Positions 1 to 9,833 are shown, numbered from the stretch's first letter. The stretch: 49,650 nt of DNA from Nautiliaceae bacterium (GCA_027062985.1 JAMOSR010000019.1:1-49650), one strand, 5' to 3'. A program made the numbers and translations. Notes: generated by a model not told the origin, from the letters alone.

Positions 1-220
1 TTTCTTTCCCGTCAACGATTAAACTCTCATCAGTATAATCAACACTTGCCGGAAATCTTCCATGAACAGAATCAAATTTTAGCATATAAGCCAAATCTTC
101 CGGTGTTCCGCTTCCTCCGTTTGCTACGGTAATTTCTATATTTTCAGGTTTTGTCTGAACATAATGCCATAAAACCATTTTTCCTATTCTTCCAAGTCCG
201 TTTATTGCTACTTTTGCCAT
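1..220 (-). CDS. gap: Type I glyceraldehyde-3-phosphate dehydrogenase, 5' part (runs off window)
   Basis: Manual translation from ATG at 220: MAKVAINGLGRIGKMVLWHY...LAYMLKFDSVHGRF, with the GAPDH NAD-binding INGxGRIG and FDSVHG motifs. TGnTATAAT lies on the minus strand at 244-252. Confidence 0.93.
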   Translation of the reverse strand, partial: MAKVAINGLGRIGKMVLWHYVQTKPENIEITVANGGSGTPEDLAYMLKFDSVHGRFPASVDYTDESLIVDGKE

Positions 221-322
221 TGTATTTCCCCTTTTTTTATAAAATTATATCAAAAAAGAAAAAACAGATATAATAAGGATGTTTGACGACCAGGGCTGTT
301 TCATGCTGAAAAAATGTAAATA

Positions 323-369
323 ATACCAATCCCCAAAATAAATCAAACATTTATTTTGGGGATTGGTAT
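323..369. repeat. Perfect 21-bp inverted repeat with 5-nt loop (TACCAATCC family, copy A)
   Basis: ATACCAATCCCCAAAATAAAT (323-343), CAAAC loop, ATTTATTTTGGGGATTGGTAT (349-369). Confidence 0.95.
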
Positions 370-435
370 AATGAGATTGAATTTCTAAACTGAAAGTTGT
401 ATAATATAATTTTAACTATTTTTAAAGGAGAAAAA

Positions 436-2700
436 ATGAAAAAGGCTTTGCTTATTTCTCTTGTGGCAGTTTATTCTCTGGCTGATTGTTTAAGTTGTCA
501 TAAAGGTATTGAAAATATTAAAGACCCAAATTCTCCTATGATGAAGCAAATTGCTGCTTTATCTAAAAGCATGGGAGATAAGAACAATTGCGTGTTTTGT
601 CATGGTGGAAATCCAAAAGCAACTACTGCAAAAGAGGCTCATGTTCCTCCCAAAAATCATCCTGGTGGTTTAAAAGTGTTCGCGCCTGACCCTGGTAGCA
701 GGTATGTAGTAAAAAATACTTGTGGAATGTGTCATATGGATACGGTTAAGAACTTGGAAAAATCGTTAATGACAACGGAAGCTGGAAAAATTCAAGGAAA
801 TTTAATCGCTTTTGGGGTGCAAAAAGAGAGAAAAGCGATGTATGGAAACTTTGATGTAAAAGATGATGATGGATTTACACCTGCTTGGGGTACTTGCACT
901 TATAAAGAGTATATGAAATATCTGACTAAAAAATATCCGGACAATTTCGTTAAAAAGTTAAAAGCCCTTCCAGAAGCAGCAAAAGATATTGATGATGTTA
1001 AAGGTAAATCAAAAGAAGAGTTAATAAAACTAGCGGCAATTGCATATACAAGAAGTGACTGTTTAAGATGTCATGTTGGCGTAAAAGGAAGACAAGGCAG
1101 AGGCGATTATAGAGGAATGGGGTGTAGTGCATGTCATATTCCGTATTCAAATGAAGGCATTTATGAGGGGAATGATCCTACAATCAGCAAAAAAGTTAAA
1201 GGTAAGTTGCTGGTCCATACAATGCAAGGAAGCAGAAAGAGTAAAGTGTATATTCCTTCAACAGGAAAAACTTATAGCGGAATTGATGTTGAAACATGTA
1301 ATTCTTGTCATAATAGAGGAAAGAGAATTGGTGTGTCGTATACAGGCCTTATGGAATCCGCATATATGTCGCCATTTCAAGAAGGAGGCAAATCTCAGCC
1401 TAAACTTCATGGAAAAAGGTATTTGCATATAGCTGCTGATGTTCATTATAAGGCCGGAATGACTTGTCAAGACTGTCATACTTCTATCGACATGCATGGA
1501 GATGGGAATATTCACGGCACGACATTAGCGCAAGTTGAGATTGAGTGTCAAGATTGTCATGGAACTCCTAATAAATATCCTTGGGAATTACCAATAGGAG
1601 CTGGAGAGAAAAGTTTTAATAAAGGTTATAAAAAAGCAAGAGGTGTTACTAAAAAATTACCAAATTGGATGAAATATGGAACTGTTTATAATCCTGAAGA
1701 CGGTTATATATTAACAGCTAGGGGAAATCCTTTTGGAAATGTAATTAAACGAGGAAATGATGTAATTGTCCATTTGGCAAACGGAAAAGATTTAAAAGTT
1801 CCAGTACTTAAAAATTTAGCACCTAATTTTAATGCAAAAGCAAGGGTGGCAATGGTGGATGTTGCGTCTCATATGAAAAAAATGGAGTGTTATTCTTGTC
1901 ATGCTACCTGGGCACCTCAATGTTATGGTTGTCATGTAAAAGTAGATATGAGAGATAAAAAGACTGACTGGCTTGCAAGTGCTCTACCGTTAAAAAATGG
2001 ATTGACTTGGGAGAGTATAAAAAAATATAAAAAACTTCAAGGAAAAGCTAAAGAGACAAGGAGTTATCTACGCTGGGAAGATCCAATCTTAGGAATTAAT
2101 GGAGAAGGAATGATTTCACCGATTATTCCTGGGTGTCAAGTAACATATACAATAATTGGACCAGATGGTAAGACAGTTACTCTTAACGTTCAAACAAAAG
2201 TAAAAGATAATGGAAATATCGTTGCAGCAACTGATATAGCACCTGCTCAACCGCATACAGTTCAAAAGGAGGCAAGAAGTTGCGAGAGCTGTCATACAAA
2301 TCCGAAAACTCTTGGATATGGAACTAATGATGGAGCTTTTTTAAATCACCAAAATCAAAATTTAGTTTTTGATATAAAAGATAAAGATGGAAATATTGCA
2401 GTAAAAAATGCAACAACTCAAATAGCTGCAATTCCTGGAATGAATTATGATTGGACTAAAGTTGTTGATAGAAATGGCAAACAACTTCAATTGGTCGGCT
2501 CTCACTGGCCTGATTCAAGACCTCTTGATAAAGAGATTAGAGATAAAATGGAAAAAACAGGAACTTGTCTTGGATGCCACTCTCAAATGAGAATAAAAGC
2601 TCTATGGCAAAAAGTTAATAAACATCCTGGTATATTAACTAATAAAGACCATCAAGAAGTTATGAAAAAAGCCTTAAAAGCGTTGGCAAAAGAAAAATAA
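436..2700 (+). CDS. Secreted dodecaheme c-type cytochrome, function unknown
   Basis: 12 CxxCH motifs counted (CLSCH, CVFCH, CGMCH, CLRCH, CSACH, CNSCH, CQDCH x2, CYSCH, CYGCH, CESCH, CLGCH). AAGGAG RBS precedes ATG 436. Sec signal MKKALLISLVAVYSLA. Confidence 0.92.
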   Translation: MKKALLISLVAVYSLADCLSCHKGIENIKDPNSPMMKQIAALSKSMGDKNNCVFCHGGNPKATTAKEAHVPPKNHPGGLKVFAPDPGSRYVVKNTCGMCHMDTVKNLEKSLMTTEAGKIQGNLIAFGVQKERKAMYGNFDVKDDDGFTPAWGTCTYKEYMKYLTKKYPDNFVKKLKALPEAAKDIDDVKGKSKEELIKLAAIAYTRSDCLRCHVGVKGRQGRGDYRGMGCSACHIPYSNEGIYEGNDPTISKKVKGKLLVHTMQGSRKSKVYIPSTGKTYSGIDVETCNSCHNRGKRIGVSYTGLMESAYMSPFQEGGKSQPKLHGKRYLHIAADVHYKAGMTCQDCHTSIDMHGDGNIHGTTLAQVEIECQDCHGTPNKYPWELPIGAGEKSFNKGYKKARGVTKKLPNWMKYGTVYNPEDGYILTARGNPFGNVIKRGNDVIVHLANGKDLKVPVLKNLAPNFNAKARVAMVDVASHMKKMECYSCHATWAPQCYGCHVKVDMRDKKTDWLASALPLKNGLTWESIKKYKKLQGKAKETRSYLRWEDPILGINGEGMISPIIPGCQVTYTIIGPDGKTVTLNVQTKVKDNGNIVAATDIAPAQPHTVQKEARSCESCHTNPKTLGYGTNDGAFLNHQNQNLVFDIKDKDGNIAVKNATTQIAAIPGMNYDWTKVVDRNGKQLQLVGSHWPDSRPLDKEIRDKMEKTGTCLGCHSQMRIKALWQKVNKHPGILTNKDHQEVMKKALKALAKEK

Positions 2701-2737
2701 CTCTTTTTCTTCTTTTGCCAATTTGAAAAAATATATG

Positions 2738-2834
2738 ATTATACCAATCCCAATTTTAAAGTTTGTGCACCATTTCTTTTTCCTGTTTTTCCATTAAAAA
2801 TAGATGTTTTATTTGTTTTGAGGATTGGTATAAT
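2738..2834. mobile_element. MITE-like element with TACCAATCC termini (copy B)
   Basis: 13-bp perfect terminal IR ATTATACCAATCC / GGATTGGTATAAT. The right arm at 2811-2831 matches 349-369 at 19/21 nt. Confidence 0.7.
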
Positions 2835-2857
2835 TTGTAAAAAAAAATAAATTATAG

Positions 2858-2939
2858 TATAATATCGCCTCAAAATTAAAAAACGCCTCCTTGCTCCAAG
2901 CAAATGGACACTGGGGCTAAAAAGCCAAAAGGAGATTTA
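2858..2939 (+). promoter_or_regulatory. rpsF promoter and probable S6:S18 autogenous leader RNA
   Basis: TATAAT at 2858-2863. CTCCTT (2887-2892) can pair with the RBS AAGGAG (2929-2934), enclosing a small hairpin (GGCT/AGCC). This is the usual position of the S6:S18 leader. Confidence 0.65.
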
Positions 2940-3275
2940 ATGAGCTTAAGACATTACGAAACGATGATTATCGTAAAGCCGACTCTTACAGATGAAGAAA
3001 AAGCGGCAATTATCGAAAACGTTAAAAAAATCATTACTGATTTTAAAGGTGAAGTGGTAGCGGTAGATAATATAGGTGTTAGAGAATTGGCTTATCCTAT
3101 TCAAAAGTTTGAAAGAGGACATTATTATATAGTTTATTATAAAGCGCCAGCCGAGGCTGTACTTGAACTTGAAAGACAACTTAGATATAACGAAGATGTA
3201 CTTAGATTTATGACAGTTAAATACGAAACCAAAAGAGATATTAAACGCTGGGAAGAGATGGCGAAAAATGTTTAA
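2940..3275 (+). CDS. rpsF: 30S ribosomal protein S6
   Basis: RHYETMIIVKP...G.RELAYPI.K...GHY motifs. RBS precedes ATG 2940. Part of the rpsF-ssb-rpsR gene order. Confidence 0.97.
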   Translation: MSLRHYETMIIVKPTLTDEEKAAIIENVKKIITDFKGEVVAVDNIGVRELAYPIQKFERGHYYIVYYKAPAEAVLELERQLRYNEDVLRFMTVKYETKRDIKRWEEMAKNV

Positions 3276-3738
3276 CAAAGTTATTCTCATCGGTAATTTA
3301 ACCCGCGACGTGGAGCTTAGATACACTCCAAACGGGACTGCTATTGCTAAGTTCGGACTTGCGACAAACAGAACATATAAAGACAATTTAACCGGTGAGA
3401 ATAAGCAAGAGGTAATGTTTATAGATATTACTGTTTTTGGCAGAAGTGCTGAAATTGCCAATCAATATCTGGCAAAGGGAAGAAGAGTTTTAATAGAAGG
3501 GAGACTTGTATTCGACCAGTGGGTTGACCAAAGCGGACAAAAACGCTCAAAACATTCTGTGGTAGCTGAAAAAGTTCAGTTTATGGATTCAAAATCCAGC
3601 GTGGGAGAGAGCGGATATAATGCCGGTGGATATACAAACCCTTCTCAGCCGGCTCCTAAGCCTCAGATGCAACAACCGACACAACAAAATAACAATGTGC
3701 CTTCAATCGATATCGATGAAGATGAAATACCATTTTAA
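3268..3738 (+). CDS. ssb: Single-stranded DNA-binding protein
   Basis: NKVILIGNLTRDVELRY N-terminus and acidic DEIPF tail. Confidence 0.98.
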   Translation: MFNKVILIGNLTRDVELRYTPNGTAIAKFGLATNRTYKDNLTGENKQEVMFIDITVFGRSAEIANQYLAKGRRVLIEGRLVFDQWVDQSGQKRSKHSVVAEKVQFMDSKSSVGESGYNAGGYTNPSQPAPKPQMQQPTQQNNNVPSIDIDEDEIPF

Positions 3739-3748
3739 AGGATAAAAT

Positions 3749-4030
3749 ATGGCAGCTGATCCAAAGAAAAAATACGGAAAAAAAAGATGTAAATATTGCG
3801 AAATGAAAGTTGATTACATCGGATATAAAGATTTAGACTTAATTAAATACTCACTATCTGAGAGATATAAAATTATGCCAAGAAGATTAACCGGTACTTG
3901 TAAAAAACATCAGGATATGGTTCAAAAAGCAATTAAAAGAGCAAGACAAGTGGCTCTTATTCCTTACGTTGTAGATAGAAAAAGAGTTATTGAAAATCCT
4001 TTTGACCTTATTAAGCCACTTAAAGGGTAA
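3749..4030 (+). CDS. rpsR: 30S ribosomal protein S18 (Zn-binding C+ form)
   Basis: CKYC...[15 protein letters not shown]...AIKRAR. Confidence 0.97.
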   Translation: MAADPKKKYGKKRCKYCEMKVDYIGYKDLDLIKYSLSERYKIMPRRLTGTCKKHQDMVQKAIKRARQVALIPYVVDRKRVIENPFDLIKPLKG

Positions 4031-4036
4031 TCCCTT

Positions 4037-5053
4037 GTGGCTACTATCTATTTAAATAAACAAAATCTTTTCTCAAACCTCGATAAAATTTCCAAAATAA
4101 ATCCCAATATATTAGCGGTTATTAAAGATAATGCATACGGTCATGGTATATTTAGTATTTCTAAACTTTTAAGAGAGTATGGCATAAGAAAAGTTTGTGT
4201 GAGAAATATAGATGAAGCCAATCTGGTTAGGGAATTTGAAGAAATTTTAATTTTTAACCCTCCTACAAACAGAAATGCCATAAATTTTTCTTATGCTATA
4301 AACTCCCTTTCTCAGCTAAAAAAAAACAGACACCCCTATATTCATTTAAAAATTGATACGGGATTTAGAAGAAACGGGATTTTAGAAGAGGAGTTGGATG
4401 AAACGCTTGAAATTATAAGGCAAAGAAAGTTTGAACTTAGAGGCGTTTTTTCTCATTTTTGCTGTGCGGATGAATTTGGTTGCGATACGTTTATACAATA
4501 TGATAAATTTTTAAAAATTAAAGAAAAAATAGAAAAATTTTGCAAAAAATATAATATAAAATGTCCGTATTTTCATATAGCCAATTCCGCTGCCTTATCT
4601 AAACTGCCTGATACGTTAGATTTTGTGCGTCCGGGAATTGCAATTTACGGAGGAATAGATGGGTATGAGCCTGTTATGAGTTTAGAAGCAGACGTAGTCA
4701 GCGTAAGAGAACTCGACGCGAAAGAAGGCTGCGGATATAATAAAACGTTTATGAGTGAAAAGAAAATTAAAATATCCACAATAGACGTAGGTTACGCCGA
4801 TGGTATTCCTTATTTTACAAACGGGTGTAAATTAAAAGACACAGAAGCTCTTGGAAAAATTTCTATGGATTATATGATTGTTAAAGGAGAGTTTAAAAAA
4901 ATAGTGGTATTTGATGATATAAAGGAATTTGTAAAAAATTTCGATACGATAACATATGATATTTTAGTAAAAATGTCTCCTAGGATAAAAAGGAAAATAA
5001 TTGAAAGCGATAACGGTAACTCAGTTAAACAATCAGATAAAATCCATTCTTGA
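4037..5053 (+). CDS. alr: Alanine racemase
   Basis: AVIKDNAYGHG PLP-lysine motif, HLKIDTG, VRPGI, GYADG, SMD. Confidence 0.93.
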   Translation: MATIYLNKQNLFSNLDKISKINPNILAVIKDNAYGHGIFSISKLLREYGIRKVCVRNIDEANLVREFEEILIFNPPTNRNAINFSYAINSLSQLKKNRHPYIHLKIDTGFRRNGILEEELDETLEIIRQRKFELRGVFSHFCCADEFGCDTFIQYDKFLKIKEKIEKFCKKYNIKCPYFHIANSAALSKLPDTLDFVRPGIAIYGGIDGYEPVMSLEADVVSVRELDAKEGCGYNKTFMSEKKIKISTIDVGYADGIPYFTNGCKLKDTEALGKISMDYMIVKGEFKKIVVFDDIKEFVKNFDTITYDILVKMSPRIKRKIIESDNGNSVKQSDKIHS

Positions 5054-6335
5054 ATCTCATTTTGAAATAGTGTTGGTTCAGGGAGAAGTAAGTAAAGTGG
5101 TTTATCATTCTTCCGGTCATCTTTATTTTACTTTAAAAGACGAGAAATCTTCTATCAACTGCGCTATGTGGAGAAGCAATCTTTCACGTATGAAATTCAG
5201 ATTAAAAGAAGGGGATAATGTTTATGTTTACGGGGCCGTTAATTTGTATGTTCCAAGAGGTGAGTATAAAATTATAGCCCAGGAAATAGAACCCGTAGGG
5301 GTAGGGGCTTTGCAACTTGCTTTTGAGAGACTTAAAGAAGAGCTAAAGGCTCTTGGATATTTTGATGAAGATAAAAAAAAGCCTCTCCCGAAATTTCCAA
5401 AAAGAATAGCAATTATTACTTCTTCAACTGCCGCGGCTTTGCAGGATATGCTCAGAATTGCCAAAAAAAGATGGCTTTTGAGCGAATTTTATCTTTTTAA
5501 TACGCTGGTACAAGGAGATGGCGCGGCGGAAGATATAGCGAAAAATATAAAAAAAGCTGACGAATACCGGTTTGATGACGGAAAAGGGTTTGATTTAATT
5601 ATTGTGGGAAGAGGCGGAGGAAGCAAAGAGGATTTATGGGCTTTTAATGAAAGGGTGGTAGCTGACGCTATATTTAAGGCTAAGACACCAATAATTTCTG
5701 CCGTAGGTCATGAAATTGATTATTTGATAAGCGATTTTGTGGCGGATAAAAGGGCTGCGACTCCTAGTAATGCTATAGAAATTGCCCTTCCCGATAAAAA
5801 TGAGATGTTGTTGACAATTGACGATATGATAAATACCTTTAAAATGAAAGTTTCTTATATTTTGCAAAAAAAAGAAAGGACTCTTTTACATCTTAAAGAG
5901 ATATACGAAGCAAATTCAATTTCTAAAAAGCTGGATGAGAGGTTAAGGGAAATTTATGTGTTAAAAGAAAAATTTCAATTTTCTCTTAACAGGGTTATTT
6001 TAAATAAAGAACATAAAATAGAAAAATTAAAAGCCTCTTTTGAAATTTCTTCCCCTAAAAAAAGAATAGAAAAATTCGAAGAAGAAATAAAAACCTTAAA
6101 TAAAAGATATAATAACAAATTAAAAGAAATTATTGATTATAAGGAAATGGGTATAAAAAATCTATTAGACGTTTTTAAATCTCTAAGTCCTAAAAAAAGA
6201 GAAAAATCCGGTTTTGCCGAAATTGTTAAAAACGGCAAAAGAATATCTTTAAATAAGATAAAAAAAGACGATATTTTCTTTATACAGGATACTTCCAATA
6301 AAATAAAAGTAAAAGCCCTTGAAAGGAAAGAGTAA
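5001..6335 (+). CDS. xseA: Exodeoxyribonuclease VII large subunit
   Basis: [36 protein letters not shown] motifs. Confidence 0.96.
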   Translation: MKAITVTQLNNQIKSILESHFEIVLVQGEVSKVVYHSSGHLYFTLKDEKSSINCAMWRSNLSRMKFRLKEGDNVYVYGAVNLYVPRGEYKIIAQEIEPVGVGALQLAFERLKEELKALGYFDEDKKKPLPKFPKRIAIITSSTAAALQDMLRIAKKRWLLSEFYLFNTLVQGDGAAEDIAKNIKKADEYRFDDGKGFDLIIVGRGGGSKEDLWAFNERVVADAIFKAKTPIISAVGHEIDYLISDFVADKRAATPSNAIEIALPDKNEMLLTIDDMINTFKMKVSYILQKKERTLLHLKEIYEANSISKKLDERLREIYVLKEKFQFSLNRVILNKEHKIEKLKASFEISSPKKRIEKFEEEIKTLNKRYNNKLKEIIDYKEMGIKNLLDVFKSLSPKKREKSGFAEIVKNGKRISLNKIKKDDIFFIQDTSNKIKVKALERKE

Positions 6336-7129
6336 TGTTTTGTAAAAAATATATAGAAGAAATCGAAAAATTAAAGCAGCAGCTTAACGAGTGTCACGCT
6401 CAAAATGAGGAGTTAAAAAAAGAAAACGATTCTTTAAGAGGAGAAATTTTTAATTTAAAAAATGAGATAGAACGTTTAAAATCTGAGACTAAAAACGAAA
6501 ATTCTCAAGAAGAAGGACCTTGTATTGTTGAGTCTATAACCCAGGACAGTGATGAAATAGTGTATGAGGTAAAAAAACTTGAAGATTTAAAAAATTCCAT
6601 TAAAGATTTAATTAAAGAATTAAAAAATACTTTTAATTTATTAAATAAAGAAATAGATAAAATAGTCCATTTTACAGATACTACAAATGAAAGTTTTAAT
6701 CAATTAGATAATTCCATAGAGCAGATAAACAGTGTTATACAGCTTATTAAGGATATATCAGAACAGACTAATCTTCTGGCGTTAAACGCTGCAATAGAAG
6801 CTGCAAGAGCGGGAGAACATGGAAGAGGTTTTGCTGTTGTCGCCGATGAGGTAAGAAAACTTGCCGAAAGAACCCAGGAAGCCACAAAAGAAGTTGAAAC
6901 CACTATCAATCTTTTAAAACAAAGCAGCAGTTCAATTACCGGTGAGAGTAAAACATTAGTTAAGATTACCAACCATATGTATGAACTTATGAAACAGTTT
7001 AAAGAAATTTTTGAGAAACTTTATCAAGTTGATATTCAATCCGTAGAAAAATTTAAAGAAGTCGTTAAAAAAATAGAAGATTTAAACAGAAGATTAAAAG
7101 AAGCTATTGAAACTCTTCATAAAAAATAA
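6335..7129 (+). CDS. Soluble methyl-accepting chemotaxis protein (no TM or sensor domain evident)
   Basis: [35 protein letters not shown] signalling hairpin and a coiled-coil N-terminus. Confidence 0.9.
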   Translation: MFCKKYIEEIEKLKQQLNECHAQNEELKKENDSLRGEIFNLKNEIERLKSETKNENSQEEGPCIVESITQDSDEIVYEVKKLEDLKNSIKDLIKELKNTFNLLNKEIDKIVHFTDTTNESFNQLDNSIEQINSVIQLIKDISEQTNLLALNAAIEAARAGEHGRGFAVVADEVRKLAERTQEATKEVETTINLLKQSSSSITGESKTLVKITNHMYELMKQFKEIFEKLYQVDIQSVEKFKEVVKKIEDLNRRLKEAIETLHKK

Positions 7130-7145
7130 GGAATAATTTTTGCTT
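7128..7145 (+). promoter_or_regulatory. Sigma54 -24/-12 promoter of flgL
   Basis: AAGGAATAATTTTTGCTT: GG at 7130-31, 10 nt, GC at 7142-43, about 30 nt before a flagellar gene. Confidence 0.75.
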
Positions 7146-7175
7146 GGCTTAAAAAAGCCCTTTTAAAGGTTTAGA

Positions 7176-9809
7176 ATGAGAGTAACTCAATTTACGATGT
7201 ATAATAATTTTTTGATAAATCATCAGCGTGATTTAAGCGAACTTCAAAAAATTCAAACCCAAATAGCCACGGGTAGAAAAATAGATAATATGTATGATAA
7301 TCCTACTATTTTTACCGAATATCTAAAGCTTAACGAAGAGATAAATTCTTTTACCCAGATAAAAAAATCAGCTAATTTCGCTTTAACATTCTCAAGAGAG
7401 AGCGATACCGTGTTAAATGATGTGGTAACAACACTTGATACGTTTAAAGTCAACTTATTAAAAGCCGCTAACGATACCAATAATGAAACCAGCAGGCAGG
7501 CGATAGTCAATGAATTAAAAGGAGAACTGGCACATTTAAAAGATTTAGCAAACACATCTATTGACGGAAAATATATTTTCAGTGGAAGCGCTTTTGATAA
7601 ACCTCCTATTAACGATGAATTAAAATATCAGGGAAACGACAAATACGTAAAAGCTTTTTTAGGTGCCGGAGTGGAGAGGGAATATAATATTCCCGGAAGC
7701 GAACTTTTTTTAGGAAGGGATAATGATTATAAAAAACATGTAACTCTTAATATTCCACAATACGATAAAATGAAACAGCATCCCGAATTTGTAGTAAGAG
7801 GTGCGGACGGGAAACTTTATATTGATAAAACAGACCCTGATCCGGATGCACCCGGAGCGGTACCTGCGGATGAACCGATAACCGGAGAAAGCCAGATTAG
7901 AATGCTAACCGGTGTTGAAGATATAGATGAAGGAAATGGAAAATATAAAGACGGAACGAGTTATTTTTATATTAAAGGGAAAAAACCAAACGGCGAATTA
8001 ATAAATGAAAAATTTTCATTGCAAAATTCGGAGAGTGTAAATAAACTGCTTGAAAAAATAGGTGAAATTTACGGAAATTCCGCTACTTCAAAAATTGTGG
8101 ATGTTTCACTTAATGATATGGGGGAAATTCAAATAAAGGATATCCAGAGCGGAAAAATGATTACGGATTTTTACATGGTTGCAAGTGACAAGGATGAAGC
8201 AAGTATTGATGATTTGGTCAAAAACGGGGATTATATAGTTGAATTTCAAAAAAGCAATTTTAACACAATAAGAAACAACTCGGCAATTACCGCCAATAAC
8301 GGATATTTTGACAACAGAATTTTTAAATTCGGAAGTGAATTTAAAACAATCGATACAAAAAGAGAAGCACTTCCAAGTGATACTGTATTTAATGTATTAG
8401 GAGAAAAAGGAATCAGAAGCAGTGACGGGACTATACAGACGCTTGATCATTTGATTTTTACGGGTAAAGATGTTAACGGGAATGATATAGGAACTAAAAC
8501 GTTAAATATTACATCTTCTACAACTATGCAGGATTTACTTAATGAGATACGGGATTTATACGATGGGGGCAGCAGTGATAATCTAAGTGTAAGATTGGAA
8601 AACGGGGAAATTATCATTACCGACAATACGAAGGATAAAACCGAAACTTCCAAATTATCCGTGAATATTAAAGCCCAGGACAGTTCTAACAACGCTTTGG
8701 AAGTTTTTGCTAGCAAAGATTCGGTAAATTTCGATAAATTGTATATGGATAAAAACGGAAACGAAATAAAAGGTAATGTCTCTCAAATCATTAAGGATTA
8801 TAAAATTATTTATAAAGACGGGGAAAAAATTATTGAAAAAAATCCGTCAGCCCAGACATATGCGACCAAGGATATTTCTATAACTGATACAATGGGTACT
8901 GATAGCATGCCTCAGGAAATAAAGATTCAATTCAGGGATAAAGACGGAAAATTAAAAACCGCGGTAATTACTTTAAGGGATACGTCTTATACAGACGGGA
9001 GTGGAAATAAGCATTATTCCACCTTTTGGATTGATAAAAATAACGACGGTAATGTTGATGACAGTGAAGTTTATGATATTTTTGAATCCGACGGCAGTTT
9101 AACGCCCGCACACGATATCATTACTACAACCATGGAAATGGATAAGAATACCTGTACCCTCTGTAAAAAAGAAAAATTACAAAAAGGAATGACGTACAGA
9201 CAGTTAGGGGATGTGATAGCAATGCTTACAACCGATAATCTGCCGGCATCAAACAGTGCGGATGATTATAATAAAGCAGTTAATGCCGCTAAAGAAAAAG
9301 TGTCAACAGGAGTGGATGATAAAGGCAGATTTTATCTAAAAGACAAGTCAAATAATCCTACAAATATTGATTTAAGTATTTATACTAACAACAATTCGCT
9401 CTATTTTCAAGCCAACAATGCCATAACCATAGACTCTCCTCAGGTTGATTTTTTCTCTACTTTGCAAGAGGCGATAGAAGCCGTTGAAAATGGAAAAAAT
9501 TTTGCCGACGGATATTCAAATAAACCTAGAAATTTTGGAATTCAAGGGGCCATTGAAGCAATTGACCATGTTATGGACAGGGTTAGACGCTCTCATGCAA
9601 AAATAGGGGCTGTTAGTAACGAGTTTGATATGAGTATTCAAAGGGTTGATATGCTGAAAATAAACGTCCAAACTCTTCAATCCGATAATATCGATACGGA
9701 TATAGGAGAGGCGAGTATGAAACTTACTTCTTTAAAAACTTCTTATGAAGCATTGCTTGCTTCTATAGCTAAAGTCAATAATTTGACGCTTTTAAACTAT
9801 TTAAGATAA
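7176..9809 (+). CDS. flgL: Flagellar hook-associated protein 3 (long epsilon type)
   Basis: Flagellin-like N-terminus (MRVT...QIATGRKI, ANTSIDGKYIFSGS) and C-terminus (DTDIGEA...LTLLNYL) around a large variable centre. Confidence 0.9.
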   Translation: MRVTQFTMYNNFLINHQRDLSELQKIQTQIATGRKIDNMYDNPTIFTEYLKLNEEINSFTQIKKSANFALTFSRESDTVLNDVVTTLDTFKVNLLKAANDTNNETSRQAIVNELKGELAHLKDLANTSIDGKYIFSGSAFDKPPINDELKYQGNDKYVKAFLGAGVEREYNIPGSELFLGRDNDYKKHVTLNIPQYDKMKQHPEFVVRGADGKLYIDKTDPDPDAPGAVPADEPITGESQIRMLTGVEDIDEGNGKYKDGTSYFYIKGKKPNGELINEKFSLQNSESVNKLLEKIGEIYGNSATSKIVDVSLNDMGEIQIKDIQSGKMITDFYMVASDKDEASIDDLVKNGDYIVEFQKSNFNTIRNNSAITANNGYFDNRIFKFGSEFKTIDTKREALPSDTVFNVLGEKGIRSSDGTIQTLDHLIFTGKDVNGNDIGTKTLNITSSTTMQDLLNEIRDLYDGGSSDNLSVRLENGEIIITDNTKDKTETSKLSVNIKAQDSSNNALEVFASKDSVNFDKLYMDKNGNEIKGNVSQIIKDYKIIYKDGEKIIEKNPSAQTYATKDISITDTMGTDSMPQEIKIQFRDKDGKLKTAVITLRDTSYTDGSGNKHYSTFWIDKNNDGNVDDSEVYDIFESDGSLTPAHDIITTTMEMDKNTCTLCKKEKLQKGMTYRQLGDVIAMLTTDNLPASNSADDYNKAVNAAKEKVSTGVDDKGRFYLKDKSNNPTNIDLSIYTNNNSLYFQANNAITIDSPQVDFFSTLQEAIEAVENGKNFADGYSNKPRNFGIQGAIEAIDHVMDRVRRSHAKIGAVSNEFDMSIQRVDMLKINVQTLQSDNIDTDIGEASMKLTSLKTSYEALLASIAKVNNLTLLNYLR

Positions 9810-9833
9810 AATTCCACCAAAAAAGGATAAGTC

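Noticed and set aside
2756-2794. 12-codon minus-strand ORF (MEKQEKEMVHKL) inside element copy B
   Set aside because: Too short to call a transposase remnant or peptide, and no RBS.
3818-3829. S18 reads IGYK where IDYK is usual
   Set aside because: A single substitution that could be a variant or a read error; cannot be assessed here.
7146-7164. GGCTT/AAGCC hairpin between the MCP gene and flgL
   Set aside because: Only a 5-bp stem, overlapping the expected sigma54 start; too weak to call a terminator.
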